From Ferruginibacter sp. (GTDB lineage Bacteria; Bacteroidota; Bacteroidia; Chitinophagales; Chitinophagaceae), in NCBI GenBank assembly GCA_031391665.1, contig JANMUN010000153.1: DNA of 64,000 nt, one strand, 5' to 3'. Below are positions 19,000-29,569 of this stretch, piece by piece. The notes below the pieces were generated by a model. It worked only from the letters and a program-made list of their open reading frames with translations. It searched no databases and had not been told where the DNA came from. A program made the position numbers and the translations under genes. The stretch's first letter is position 1. Each line of letters opens with the position of its first letter.

Positions 19000-19881
19000 A
19001 TGCTTTTTGTAATAGTGGCGGCGCTTATCTTTTTTGGTATTTATCTTGCAAAACCAAAATTTAAAAATAATGCAACACCTGCCGGCGATGATGTTTTTGT
19101 AAACGATATCATACTCTACGATAATATTGCATTTTTCCGGGCATTGGATAAAAAAGAAAAGCAACAGTTTGAAGCAGAAGTAACTGAATTTTTAAGCAAC
19201 GTAAAAATTACCGGAGTAGATACCACTGTGGAGAATCTTGACAGGATACTGGTTGCCGCAAGTGCAGTAATACCGGTGTTTGCTTTTCCCGAATGGAAGT
19301 ATTATAATTTAAAAGAGGTGTTATTATATTCGGATACTTTCAATAATAATTTTCAAACAGAAGGAGAAGACAGGAGCATTATGGGAATGGTAGGCAGTGG
19401 CTATATGGAAGGTAAAATGTTATTGTCGAAACATGCTTTGCAACAGGGGTTTAAAAACGATTCGGATAAAAACAATACTGCTATACATGAATTTGTTCAT
19501 CTTATAGATAAAGCAGATGGGGATACCGACGGTATTCCAAAACAATTGTTATCTAAGCAATACACAATTCCATGGCTGGATATGACCTATAAAAAAATGC
19601 AGGAGCTAATAGACAATGATTCTGATATCAATCCCTATGGCACCACCAGCAAAGCAGAATTTTTTGCTGTAGCAGCGGAATATTTTTTTGAGCGGCCCGA
19701 TTTGCTGCAGCAAAAACATCCTGAATTATATAAATTATTACAACAAATATTTCAGCAAGACCCCGAAGTACAATTGCAAAAATTAAAAAACAAAATTGGC
19801 CGCAATGATCTGTGTTATTGCGGCAGTGGATTAAAATATAAAGATTGCCATTTAAAAGCAGATAGTGAAAGTCGTCAGTAG
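19000..19881 (+). CDS. MtfA-like zinc peptidase (M90 family) with N-terminal TM helix and C-terminal SEC-C motif
   Basis: HEFVH (HExxH), EFFAVAAEYFFERP, and terminal CYCGSGLKYKDCH. The ATG at 19000 is preferred over the TTG at 18982. Confidence 0.75.
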   Translation: MLFVIVAALIFFGIYLAKPKFKNNATPAGDDVFVNDIILYDNIAFFRALDKKEKQQFEAEVTEFLSNVKITGVDTTVENLDRILVAASAVIPVFAFPEWKYYNLKEVLLYSDTFNNNFQTEGEDRSIMGMVGSGYMEGKMLLSKHALQQGFKNDSDKNNTAIHEFVHLIDKADGDTDGIPKQLLSKQYTIPWLDMTYKKMQELIDNDSDINPYGTTSKAEFFAVAAEYFFERPDLLQQKHPELYKLLQQIFQQDPEVQLQKLKNKIGRNDLCYCGSGLKYKDCHLKADSESRQ

Positions 19882-19960
19882 CGAATATTGAATCGTGAAA
19901 GATACGCTGCGATTATTCAATCTTTCATATTCACAACTGACGATTCACCATTCACGTCTC

Positions 19961-20497
19961 TTATTGTTGCTCTATCAATTGTATTTCGCAATTAATTTTT
20001 ACTTCATCGCTAACTACTACACCGCCGGCTTCTGTTACAGCACTCCAGGTTAAGCCATAGTCTTTACGGTTTATTTTACCGTTAATAGTAAAGCCTGCCT
20101 TGGTATTGCCGTACGGGTCTTTAACTACGCCACCAAACTCCACTGCAAGTTTAATGGGCTTGGTAATATCTTTTATGGTAAGGTTGCCATACAATTCGTA
20201 CGAGCCATCGTTATCTACCGACTCATATTTAGTGGCTGTAAATTTTAATTGGGGAAATTTTTCCGCATCAAAAAAATCGGCGCTTTTAAGGTGGCCGTCT
20301 CTTTGTTCATTTCCTGTATTTACCGAGGCTGTTTCTGCAGTAAAAGAAATTTTCGCTTTTGTAAAATCTTCATCCTCTGTTTGGGCATCTACAGTAAAAG
20401 TATTAAAACTGCCGGTTACATTGGTAATCATAAGGTGTTTTACCTTAAATTGTATTTCGCTGTGGGTAGGGTCCACAACCCATTTTTTTGTTGCCAT
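19961..20497 (-). CDS. YceI-family polyisoprenoid-binding protein
   Basis: W..D..HS.I.F.VKH....V.G.F and R..HL.S.DFFD motifs. Confidence 0.9.
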   Translation of the reverse strand: MATKKWVVDPTHSEIQFKVKHLMITNVTGSFNTFTVDAQTEDEDFTKAKISFTAETASVNTGNEQRDGHLKSADFFDAEKFPQLKFTATKYESVDNDGSYELYGNLTIKDITKPIKLAVEFGGVVKDPYGNTKAGFTINGKINRKDYGLTWSAVTEAGGVVVSDEVKINCEIQLIEQQ

Positions 20498-20714
20498 ATT
20501 TGTAATTTTAATGCAAGGTAGTATAATTTAATGTTTAAACATCAAATATTTTTTTATTAACAATAAATTTATAGATGATTTAAAATTGGTGCGGTTGCTA
20601 AATAATTATAATTTCAAACAATTAAAATGCCAATTATACGTTTTCAGCTATTAACATTACCTTAAACTGCAATGCATGAACTTTACCTGCGCTTTTAACA
20701 ACTGCTTTAAAAAT

Positions 20715-22661
20715 ATGCAACACAAAACAATCAAAAATGTTATTGCATTAGGCATTTTAGGTTTCTCCCTTTCTTTTTCATTACAGGCAACCGCACAAAA
20801 TGATAATGATATAAGCACCGCCGAAACCTATGCCAAAAAATATAAAGAGGATGATATTTTATGTACCTCATCCTACCACTTTTTTACTTTTGATAAAGGC
20901 AAAAATGCCTTAAACGATAAAGTAGTGGAGATCCAGGAAGATGCGGAATACGAATTTCTTTCTCTAAAGAAATTTTCCAGCATGACCTACCCTGAATTTT
21001 ACAATAAATTTATTCAGTTAAAAACTTTTAAAAGGGCTTTTAAATACGGCAACAAATATATTACATCCGACAGGGGCGGTATAGATCGTTCGGTAACCGA
21101 CGACGGTATTTTTTTTGATGACAGCCGTGTGCAGTTTTATCCTTTACGTTTTAATCAAAAGGGCGATATGGCCAGGATTACAGTGAAAAAAACTTTTACC
21201 GATGGCAAATATTTAACCCGTTTATTTTTTAATTCACCTTACCCAATTAAAGAACAGGTTATAGAATTTAAAGTGCCCGAATGGTTAACCGTAGATTTTA
21301 AAAGAATGAATTTTGACGGCAGCAAAATTGAAGTTAAAGAAACTACAAAAGGGGGTTATACCAATTATGTTTTTATAATGAAAGATGTGCCGGCATACAA
21401 ATCGGAATACCGGCGTATAGGCAAGGCCTTTACCGACCCTCATATAATTGTGCAGATAAAATCTTTTGAAAGTAAGGGTGAAGTGTTAAAAGGCTTTGAT
21501 AAAGTTGATGACGTATATAACTGGAACAACCGTTTGTATTTAATGGCGGGCAACGAAAAGGAAAAACTAACTGCACAGCTTTCGAAAATTACAGCAGGTA
21601 AAACAACCGATGTAGAAAAAATTAAAGCCATTTATTACTGGGTGCAGGATAATGTTAGATACATCGCTTACGAAGATGGTTACTCAGGGTATATTCCTTC
21701 ATCTGCACAGGATGTGCTTGCAAAAAAATATGGCGATTGTAAAGGCATGGCAAATTTACTAACGGAGATGATGAAACTTTCTGGCTACGATGCACACTTT
21801 ACATGGATTGGTACAAGGCATATCCCATATCCGCAAAGTACGCCTGCATTATGTGTAAATAATCATGCTATTTGCACTTTAAATTATGGTGGTAAATCTT
21901 ATTACTTAGATGGAACAGAAAGTTATGTACCCTTCGGAGAAAATGCATTTCGTATTCAGGGCAAAGAAGTAATGATTGCCAACGGCGATAAGTTTGAAAT
22001 TAAAACTGTGCCGCCTACCACAGCAAATGATAATAAAATTTACACCAAGGCAGATTTTGTTTTAGCCAATGAAAGTTTAAATGGCAAAGTGAAAGTTACT
22101 ATAACCGGAAACGAACGCACCGATTTTCATCAGTCGTACCAGGATTTGCCGACCTCATCGCAAAAAGATTATTTAAATGATTATTTAGAATTTGGTAACG
22201 ATAACATGGTTGCCACAAATGTAAAAACCAGCGATCTTAAAAACAGGGATTTGCCTGTAGTTATAGAAGGCGATGTTGATTTATCCAATACGGTAAATAC
22301 AATTAGCGGCGATAAATATGTAGGGGTAGATTTCTTCCCTAAAACATTAGATAAATTTATACCTGACGAAAAAAGAGTTGGAGGTTACGATTTAGATGTG
22401 CTGGTAAAATTTGAAGATGAAATTGGATTAACCATACCTGCCGATAAAAAATTTATTGATAAGCCGGATAATTTAGAATTGAAATTTGATGGCTATGAGT
22501 TTAAAGGAGAATACACCATTACCGGTAATAAAATGGTTTTAAAGAAAGAGCTTTCTATAAAAAACAGTATCATTAAAAAAACAGATTTTCCTAACTGGAT
22601 AAAATTTATTGAGTCAATAAAAGAATTCAATAAATATTTTTTAAGCATTACCAAAAAATAA
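20715..22661 (+). CDS. Secreted DUF3857 / transglutaminase-like domain protein
   Basis: Signal peptide from the ATG at 20715. The transglutaminase core Cys motif YGDCKGMANL is followed by a His/Asp region (NHAIC...DGTE). Confidence 0.75.
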   Translation: MQHKTIKNVIALGILGFSLSFSLQATAQNDNDISTAETYAKKYKEDDILCTSSYHFFTFDKGKNALNDKVVEIQEDAEYEFLSLKKFSSMTYPEFYNKFIQLKTFKRAFKYGNKYITSDRGGIDRSVTDDGIFFDDSRVQFYPLRFNQKGDMARITVKKTFTDGKYLTRLFFNSPYPIKEQVIEFKVPEWLTVDFKRMNFDGSKIEVKETTKGGYTNYVFIMKDVPAYKSEYRRIGKAFTDPHIIVQIKSFESKGEVLKGFDKVDDVYNWNNRLYLMAGNEKEKLTAQLSKITAGKTTDVEKIKAIYYWVQDNVRYIAYEDGYSGYIPSSAQDVLAKKYGDCKGMANLLTEMMKLSGYDAHFTWIGTRHIPYPQSTPALCVNNHAICTLNYGGKSYYLDGTESYVPFGENAFRIQGKEVMIANGDKFEIKTVPPTTANDNKIYTKADFVLANESLNGKVKVTITGNERTDFHQSYQDLPTSSQKDYLNDYLEFGNDNMVATNVKTSDLKNRDLPVVIEGDVDLSNTVNTISGDKYVGVDFFPKTLDKFIPDEKRVGGYDLDVLVKFEDEIGLTIPADKKFIDKPDNLELKFDGYEFKGEYTITGNKMVLKKELSIKNSIIKKTDFPNWIKFIESIKEFNKYFLSITKK

Positions 22662-22675
22662 ACCCTGCAACAGCA

Positions 22676-24886
22676 ATGAAAATTCAATTTAAAAATATAC
22701 TTGTTTTATCAGTAATGCTTTTTATAAGCAGTGCTGTTTCTTTTGCTCAAAATGTTATTGACGAAGATTTTTTAGATAATATTGAAGGCAATGCAAAAAT
22801 ATTGTGGAGCGAAAACATACCGGCATTTGCAAACAATACTGTGCCGGATAAATATAAAGATGAATCGGCTGTAGTGTTTGGTTTTAAACGCAGCGTAACC
22901 ATTGATAAAAAATCAAGAAGTGGTTTTTTATCGAAAGGTGAAAGAAGTTTACTTTTTTTTGAGAATGTTCGCTTTAAAATAAAACTCAACGACAGAAACT
23001 CGGTAAAATCTTTTACAGAAGTTTATTTTCGTTACAGCGATAAAACAGACGGCTTTAGTGCAAAAATTACAAAGACCGATGGCAGTGTAAAGGCGGTTTC
23101 TTTAAATGATGCGGTAGGTGTGGAGTCGGTTTCCAATGTGCCGGAGTTTTTTAAAAGTTTTTTCGATCAGCAAAGTGGCAGTCAACGCAGGTATTATAAA
23201 GTAGCGGTACCCGATTTAGAGCCGGGGGATATTTTAGAATATGTAACCATAACAAAAAGTAAGTTAGATGTAATGGGTACAGGCTACATAGAGTTTTCGC
23301 CGCAATACGAAGTATGCAATAAAGCGTACCCGGTTTTGTATAATCAGATAATTATGGAAACGGATGATAAATCTTTTTTTAAATCTTTATCCATAAACGG
23401 GGCACCTGATTTTAAAAAAGAAGCGGCAAGCGATGCTGATTTTTACCGCTATGTTTTTACAGATGCCGACAGGGGAGTGGAAAAAGATGTAAACTTTATT
23501 AATTCCTACCAGGTTTACCCGCTAACAAAATTTCAGGTAATATATGCCAACTACGAAAAAGTGAAAGGCGCTTTAATAGGAGAAAAAGGAGAAATAAAAA
23601 GTGGGTTTACTAAAGAAGAGCTGGCAAAAAAAGCGTGGGAAGATTATGAACAAACTGGCCGCTCTTATTTTGGTAATTACATGACGGTGCAAAATTTAGT
23701 TGACGCCACATGGGCACAGTTAAAAAAACAAGGTGCAAAAGACTGGACAGAAAAAGAATACATCAATAATGTATTTTATAAATTAAGGAACATTGTAGTA
23801 AACAGAGACACTTATTTAAGTGATAAAACTGCAGCTTTTATTTTTGGTTCTTTATTGTACCAGCGTGATATTAAATCAGAACTGGTAATTAGTATTTCTA
23901 ACTCAACCGGTAAATTAAAAGATGTTTTGTTTGACCAGGAAATAAGGTATGTGTGTAAAGTAGGAAAAGATTTTTATTTTAACTGCACCGATCACAGCAA
24001 CCCCGGCGATTTAGTAGAAGCATTAGTAGCCAGTGAAGCTTATATTATTGCAGAACCTGTAAAAAACAGCGGGCAGGATATTAAACCAATTACTTTGCCT
24101 GATGCAGCTTATACCGATAATGTTTCTGACTATACCATTAATGCTTCTTTAAGTACAGATATGAATACGCTGATAGTATCAAGAATAAATTCTTTTGTTG
24201 GCATAAGCAAAACTAGAAATATTATTACGGCATTAAAGTTTACCCCGTATATGCTGGATGATTACAAATATTATGGCGGCGCCGATCCCACACAAAAAAT
24301 GAAAAGTGCCCAGGAAGATGAATATAATAAATCGGTAAAAGCTTTGAAGGAAGAATATAAAGAAGCTAAAACAGAATTGGTAAAAACGGAGTTGCAAAAC
24401 GATTACCAGCAAAAAGTAAAGTACAAAAATTTTGCTATCACCAGCGATGGACGTTCGGCTAAACAAAAAACACTGGTGTTTACCGAAGACTTTGAATTGT
24501 CGGGCATGATGCGTAAAGCGGGAAAAAAATATTTAGTTAATGTAGCAGGTTTAGTTGGCTCTCAACTGCAAATAAAAAAAGAAGAACGCACCCGTAAATA
24601 TGATATTAATGTGGGCTATGCCCGTACGCTAAACTGGGTAATTAATTTTAAAATACCCGATGGCTATACAGTAGAAGGCGTTAAAGAATTAAACACCAAC
24701 GTGGATAATGAAACCGGAACTTATACTGCTACCGCTGAAGAGCAGAATGGTACAGTAGTTTTAAAAATTAAAAAAGTGTATAAAAAAGCCAATAACACCA
24801 AAGATAAATGGCCATCGATGCTTGCTTTTATTGATGCTGCTTACAATGGCTCATTCAAATATCTTTTATTAAAACCTAAAAGCTAA
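22676..24886 (+). CDS. Secreted DUF3857/DUF3858-type protein (architectural paralog of the upstream gene, no TGase Cys motif seen)
   Basis: Signal peptide, similar size and repeat organisation, and translationally close to the upstream gene. The family call is tentative. Confidence 0.55.
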   Translation: MKIQFKNILVLSVMLFISSAVSFAQNVIDEDFLDNIEGNAKILWSENIPAFANNTVPDKYKDESAVVFGFKRSVTIDKKSRSGFLSKGERSLLFFENVRFKIKLNDRNSVKSFTEVYFRYSDKTDGFSAKITKTDGSVKAVSLNDAVGVESVSNVPEFFKSFFDQQSGSQRRYYKVAVPDLEPGDILEYVTITKSKLDVMGTGYIEFSPQYEVCNKAYPVLYNQIIMETDDKSFFKSLSINGAPDFKKEAASDADFYRYVFTDADRGVEKDVNFINSYQVYPLTKFQVIYANYEKVKGALIGEKGEIKSGFTKEELAKKAWEDYEQTGRSYFGNYMTVQNLVDATWAQLKKQGAKDWTEKEYINNVFYKLRNIVVNRDTYLSDKTAAFIFGSLLYQRDIKSELVISISNSTGKLKDVLFDQEIRYVCKVGKDFYFNCTDHSNPGDLVEALVASEAYIIAEPVKNSGQDIKPITLPDAAYTDNVSDYTINASLSTDMNTLIVSRINSFVGISKTRNIITALKFTPYMLDDYKYYGGADPTQKMKSAQEDEYNKSVKALKEEYKEAKTELVKTELQNDYQQKVKYKNFAITSDGRSAKQKTLVFTEDFELSGMMRKAGKKYLVNVAGLVGSQLQIKKEERTRKYDINVGYARTLNWVINFKIPDGYTVEGVKELNTNVDNETGTYTATAEEQNGTVVLKIKKVYKKANNTKDKWPSMLAFIDAAYNGSFKYLLLKPKS

Positions 24887-24887
24887 T

Positions 24888-25289
24888 TTATTTTAAAGCG
24901 TCGGTAGGTTCTATAAAGTCCCAGAGATTTCCATAGAGGTCTTCAAAAACAGCTACGGTTCCGTAAAGTTCTTTAACAGGCTGGCGTACAAAATTTATTT
25001 TCTTTTCAATCATGGTATTATAATCTCTCCAAAAATCATCCGTATATAAAAATAAAAAAACTCTTCCGCCGGTTTGGTTACCCACCCGGCTTTTTTGTTC
25101 TTCGGTTGCAGCCTGTGCTAATAACAGACAACATTGTCCATTGCCCGGAGGCGCAACTTTTACCCAGCGTTTTGTTTCGCTGAGTTTGGTATCTTCTACA
25201 AGAACAAAATTTAATTTTTCCGTATAAAATTTTATGGCTTCATCGTAGTCGGCAACTACTAAAGCTATGTGGGCTATGTGCTGGTTCAT
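24888..25289 (-). CDS. VOC (glyoxalase/bleomycin-resistance) family protein
   Basis: H.A..V.D.D.A..FY...L.F N-terminus and ...GT.A.F.DLYGN.W C-terminus. Confidence 0.85.
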   Translation of the reverse strand: MNQHIAHIALVVADYDEAIKFYTEKLNFVLVEDTKLSETKRWVKVAPPGNGQCCLLLAQAATEEQKSRVGNQTGGRVFLFLYTDDFWRDYNTMIEKKINFVRQPVKELYGTVAVFEDLYGNLWDFIEPTDALK

Positions 25290-25390
25290 TTTTTATACAA
25301 AATAAAGCAGAAACAATTAGTTTAATAAAATTATTATAGGGCAGTAGATTAATTGAAGAATTAGAACGCAGAATATGTTTTCACAGTGTA

Positions 25391-25585
25391 TTATGTAGCC
25401 TTATCTTTTGTATTGCTTATTAAAGTAATGCCTGCAAAAAAGAAAATAGCACCAAGCACTCCGGTAAAAATAATGGTCTTTACATTTTTAATGCCCGAGC
25501 CACCATTCATAAAACTTACGCCTGCATAAATTAGGCCTACAATACCTAAAACGGATAATATTATTCCTAATAAACGTTTTTCCAT
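25391..25585 (-). CDS. Small two-TM membrane protein
   Basis: 64 aa with two clear hydrophobic helices. No family was recognised. Confidence 0.45.
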   Translation of the reverse strand: MEKRLLGIILSVLGIVGLIYAGVSFMNGGSGIKNVKTIIFTGVLGAIFFFAGITLISNTKDKAT

Positions 25586-25699
25586 AGCTTGTTTTTTTAC
25601 AAGATAAGATGATAAAATTAGTATTGAGAAAGTACCAGCTTTAATGTGTGAATGATGTAATAAATAATTACAATTGTGTAAATTGTAGTATAGGAAAGC

Positions 25700-25734
25700 A
25701 AAAAGCCATCTGTTAAAAAACAGGTGGCTTTTTT
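25700..25734 (-). terminator. Terminator hairpin downstream of the DEAD-box helicase gene
   Basis: On the minus strand, gccacctgtt-tttt-aacagatggc is followed by a T-run. Confidence 0.65.
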
Positions 25735-25750
25735 ATAAAAGATATTTTAT

Positions 25751-27004
25751 TTAATTGCGGTGAGCCCCATAACTCCTTCTTCCATTTCTATCCTGCGAAT
25801 TGGAGTTATTACCACGGCTTTTAAAATTACTCCGCTGGTGTGGCTTTGGCGCACTTGCCTGCGGCTGTGCATTAGGAGATAACAGGTACGGATGGCCGGC
25901 AATCTGTGGTATTGTTTTACCAATAAGTTTTTGAATATCCCTCAGCTCTAGTTTTTCATCTGCATCGCAAAAAGACAATGCAATACCTGTATTGCCTGCT
26001 CTTCCAGTACGGCCAATGCGGTGTACATAAGTTTCAGGCACTTCGGGCAATTCAAAATTTATTACATGGCTCAGGTCATCGATATCAATTCCTCTTGCGG
26101 CAATATCCGTAGCTACAAGCACACGTAATTTTCCATTTTTAAAATTGCTTAATGCATTTTGCCTGGCGTTTTGCGATTTGTTGCCGTGTATGGCAGCAGC
26201 AGTAATATTTTCGTGATGTAAAACTTTTACCACTTTATCAGCGCCATGCTTGGTACGTGTAAATACTAAGGCAGTTACAATTTCGTCATTCTTTAATAAG
26301 TGCAGCAACAGTTTATTTTTATCCTGCTTATCTACATAATATAAACTTTGTTCAATAGCATCCACTGTAGATGATACAGGTGTTACTTCTACTTTTGCCG
26401 GCTTGGTTAAAAGTACATTCGCTAATTTTTGAATTTCCGGCGGCATAGTGGCCGAGAAAAAAAGTGTTTGCTTTTTTTCGGGCAGGCGTACAATAACTTT
26501 TTTTACATCATGTATAAAACCCATGTCAAGCATGCGATCGGCTTCATCCAAAACAAAAATTTGTAAATGGCGCAGGTTAATAAAACCCTGGCTCATTAAA
26601 TCTAATAATCTGCCTGGTGTAGCAATTAAAACATCTACCCCTTTTTTTAATGCAACGGTTTGATGTAATTGAGATACGCCGCCAAATATTACCGTGTGTG
26701 TAATACCGGTATATTCGCCGTATGCCGCAAAGCTTTCATTTATTTGTATTGCAAGTTCACGTGTAGGGGTAAGTATTAAAACTTTAATGCCGGGCACATG
26801 TTGCTTTTGCTGATACAATAATTGTAAAATAGGAATGGCAAATGCTGCTGTTTTACCAGTACCTGTTTGTGCACAACCTAGTAAATCCTGTTGCTTTAAC
26901 ACAATGGGTATGGCCTGCTGCTGAATAGGGGTTGGGTTGCTGTAACCCTGTTGGGATAAAGCTTTAAGGATGGGTTCAATTAACCCTAAATTGTTAAAAT
27001 CCAT
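25751..27004 (-). CDS. DEAD-box ATP-dependent RNA helicase (RhlE-like) with basic C-terminal tail
   Basis: Q motif (F..LGL...I..A....GY..PTPIQ), [31 protein letters not shown]. The start is set at MDFNNLGL (27004). Confidence 0.9.
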   Translation of the reverse strand: MDFNNLGLIEPILKALSQQGYSNPTPIQQQAIPIVLKQQDLLGCAQTGTGKTAAFAIPILQLLYQQKQHVPGIKVLILTPTRELAIQINESFAAYGEYTGITHTVIFGGVSQLHQTVALKKGVDVLIATPGRLLDLMSQGFINLRHLQIFVLDEADRMLDMGFIHDVKKVIVRLPEKKQTLFFSATMPPEIQKLANVLLTKPAKVEVTPVSSTVDAIEQSLYYVDKQDKNKLLLHLLKNDEIVTALVFTRTKHGADKVVKVLHHENITAAAIHGNKSQNARQNALSNFKNGKLRVLVATDIAARGIDIDDLSHVINFELPEVPETYVHRIGRTGRAGNTGIALSFCDADEKLELRDIQKLIGKTIPQIAGHPYLLSPNAQPQASAPKPHQRSNFKSRGNNSNSQDRNGRRSYGAHRN

Positions 27005-27155
27005 TAATAATGGTTTATGATGTATGGCTGAAAGGACGTTGTATTTTCTGAAATCAGCGAAGGAAATTTGTTTGTACCACCGGCTTACAACCTGCCGTAA
27101 TTTTTGTGTGGAGAACGGCGAAGATAGGGGATTATTATTTAGTGGGTTTTTGAGG

Positions 27156-27308
27156 GTGCATTTCAAATTGTCAAAATATTTTTTTCAACGCTGAGAAAAT
27201 GAGATGGCAGAATTTACGCTGAAAACCTCTGCGATAACTCCTTTTCTCATTTTCTCAGCGTTGAAATTTGCTGCCGCCCTGATGCTTTAGAGACAATTTG
27301 AAATGCAC
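27156..27308. repeat. MITE-like nested-hairpin element, copy A
   Basis: Outer inverted repeat gtgcatttcaaattgtc / gacaatttgaaatgcac; inner perfect 19-bp stem 27186-27204 / 27245-27263. A second copy lies at 49670-49821. Confidence 0.85.
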
Positions 27309-27380
27309 TCGCTTTTGATAACACTTTCAAACTAAAAAGGAAAACATTAATTTGCTTTATTAAAATGATTTGAAAATAGT

Positions 27381-28625
27381 ATGATACAACATTGTGCCAT
27401 TGATATTGCACCCGACTGTAATTATTTTTTAGTAATTGAAAATTTGCTGAATGGAAGTTTATTGCAAAATTATATTGTGTTCCCAAATGGGGAAGGCGCA
27501 TTATATTCCCACATTAGCATAAATAAAATTATTGAAGATGAAATGCTGCATGATAATTTTGAAATTACAACTGCTGCTAACAGCAGCCTTAAAAGTATGA
27601 GCAGTGGCGAACAGAAAAAAGCTTTGTTGCAATACATCCTTACTAAAAAACCGGGCTTTATTGTTGCCGATAATATTTTTGATAATCTTGATGCTGGGGC
27701 AAAGGAAAATATTACAACTGCTTTACTTCAAATAGCGGCACATACTTTAATCATACAAATTATCAACAGAAAAAAAGATATACTGCCTTTTATTGAAACG
27801 GTATTTTCTATAAGAGAGAATATTGTTTTTAAAAAAGAAACTATAGCAGATTATTTAAGAGAAAATAGTACAGCTACTGAAAATTATTTTGTAGAACCAG
27901 TTCCACCTGCTTTACATAATTATAAATTATTTGATGGCCCGCTGGTACAAATGAATGATGTATCGGTGAGTTATGACGGCAGGCAAATATTAAATAACAT
28001 CAACTGGACAATTAATGCCGGAGAATTTTGGCAATTGGCCGGGCCCAATGGCAGCGGCAAAAGCACCATACTGAGTTTGATAACAGGTGATAATCCAAAA
28101 GGGTACGGACAAAATATTTTTCTTTTTGGAAAAATAAAAGGTAGCGGCGAATCGGTTTGGGATATTAAACAAAACATCGGCTATCTAACACCAACTATGG
28201 CGCAATTTTTTCCAAGATTAGATTCCATTGAAAAAATGATACTCTCTGGTTTTTTTGATTCAGTAGGGTTATACAGCATACCCAATGAAACACAAATAAA
28301 AACCGCACAAAGCTGGTTAAAACTTATTGGTTTGTATAACGATAGAAACAAACCTTTTTGTTTTTTGCCATTGGGCCAGCAACGAATGGTACTGGTCGCA
28401 AGGGCAATGGTAAAACATCCGCCATTGTTAATATTAGATGAACCAACAGTTGGTGTTGATGATAAAAATACAGCGGTATTTATTGCACTAATAAATAAAA
28501 TTGCTGCAGAAAGTACAACGGCAATATTATATGTATCTCACAGGGAGGAACAAGGCCTTAACCCTCAGCATATGTTTGAACTGATACCTGCAAATAATGG
28601 TTCATCAGGAGAAATAAGATATTAG
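27381..28625 (+). CDS. modF: ModF-like ABC ATPase (degenerate N-terminal NBD plus intact C-terminal NBD)
   Basis: The C-terminal half is close to E. coli ModF from memory (GPNGSGKSTILSLITGD.P.GY, GSGES.WDIK..IGY, LILDEP). The N-terminal half retains MSSGEQKK, but Walker A is degenerate (ENLLNGSL) and Walker B is altered. Confidence 0.8.
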   Translation: MIQHCAIDIAPDCNYFLVIENLLNGSLLQNYIVFPNGEGALYSHISINKIIEDEMLHDNFEITTAANSSLKSMSSGEQKKALLQYILTKKPGFIVADNIFDNLDAGAKENITTALLQIAAHTLIIQIINRKKDILPFIETVFSIRENIVFKKETIADYLRENSTATENYFVEPVPPALHNYKLFDGPLVQMNDVSVSYDGRQILNNINWTINAGEFWQLAGPNGSGKSTILSLITGDNPKGYGQNIFLFGKIKGSGESVWDIKQNIGYLTPTMAQFFPRLDSIEKMILSGFFDSVGLYSIPNETQIKTAQSWLKLIGLYNDRNKPFCFLPLGQQRMVLVARAMVKHPPLLILDEPTVGVDDKNTAVFIALINKIAAESTTAILYVSHREEQGLNPQHMFELIPANNGSSGEIRY

Positions 28626-28719
28626 CTCCAAAAATTTTTCAAATCATAGGGGTAACTGATATTTATCATGGGTAAGCAAAAAGCCGTTTTATAGTTTTGT
28701 ATTACAAAAACTACTAACG

Positions 28720-29544
28720 ATGAAAAAAATAATTGCCCCGGTTGATTTTTCTGATGCAGCAGCTAATGCAGCAATATTTGCCGGCAGCCTGGCAGATTTT
28801 TATGGCGCAGATTTATGGCTGTATTACAGTTACGAAATGGTAATTCCTGCAATGGAGTATGGTTATTCTTATGTGAGTGTTACCGAAATGCAGCAGGCTG
28901 CAGAGCATGAACTGGAAGAATTTAAAAAAAGGGTGCAGGCTGCTTTGCGGTGTAAAGTAAATATTACCACAAGGGCCGAAAATGCAACATTAACAGATGG
29001 CCTTGCCGCATTGTGTGATGAAATAAAACCTGATGTTGTAGTAATGGGCTTATCAGGAAAAAATGCATTAGCAAGATTGGTGGTAGGCAGTAATACTATC
29101 CGGGTTATTCATCATCTCACTTATCCCGTACTGGTAGTGCCATCAAAAGCCACATTTATGCCGGTAAGAAAAATTGGCTTTGCATGCGATTATACTAAAG
29201 TGGCTGAAACCACACCGCTTGAGTTGTTAAAAAAAATAGCTAAGGATTTTAATGCAGAGTTACATGTCTTGAACGTAGAGTATAACCACTCCGGTGCCAC
29301 AGAAGAGAAAATTGCAGAAAGCAGGTATGTGGGTGAGCTGCTTAAAGATTTAAAACCATCTTACGAAACCATTTTATCTGCGGATACTGTACATGGTATT
29401 AATTGGTTTGCCGAAAAAGAAAAAATAGACTGGGTAGTTGTAATTCCTAAAAAACATAATTTAATGGAGAAAATGTTTAGCAGGAGCCATACAAAAGAAT
29501 TACTGTATCATACACATGTGCCTGTACTTTGTATGCATGAGTAA
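28720..29544 (+). CDS. Tandem universal stress protein (UspA) family protein
   Basis: Two Usp domains. The first ends in a degenerate G..G.......GS-like motif (GLSGKNALARLVVGSNT); the C-terminal ...SHTKELLYHTHVPVL matches the Usp C-terminus. Confidence 0.85.
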   Translation: MKKIIAPVDFSDAAANAAIFAGSLADFYGADLWLYYSYEMVIPAMEYGYSYVSVTEMQQAAEHELEEFKKRVQAALRCKVNITTRAENATLTDGLAALCDEIKPDVVVMGLSGKNALARLVVGSNTIRVIHHLTYPVLVVPSKATFMPVRKIGFACDYTKVAETTPLELLKKIAKDFNAELHVLNVEYNHSGATEEKIAESRYVGELLKDLKPSYETILSADTVHGINWFAEKEKIDWVVVIPKKHNLMEKMFSRSHTKELLYHTHVPVLCMHE

Positions 29545-29569
29545 TAACAATTGCACATTAAAATCATAC

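Noticed and set aside
27309-27500. Idea that MITE copy A truncated the 5' end of the modF-like gene (no Walker A in the first NBD)
   Set aside because: The N-terminal NBD is full length but degenerate. ENLLNGSL aligns where ModF has GSNGSGKS, and the signature-like MSSGEQKK is retained, so this is a non-catalytic NBD rather than a truncation.
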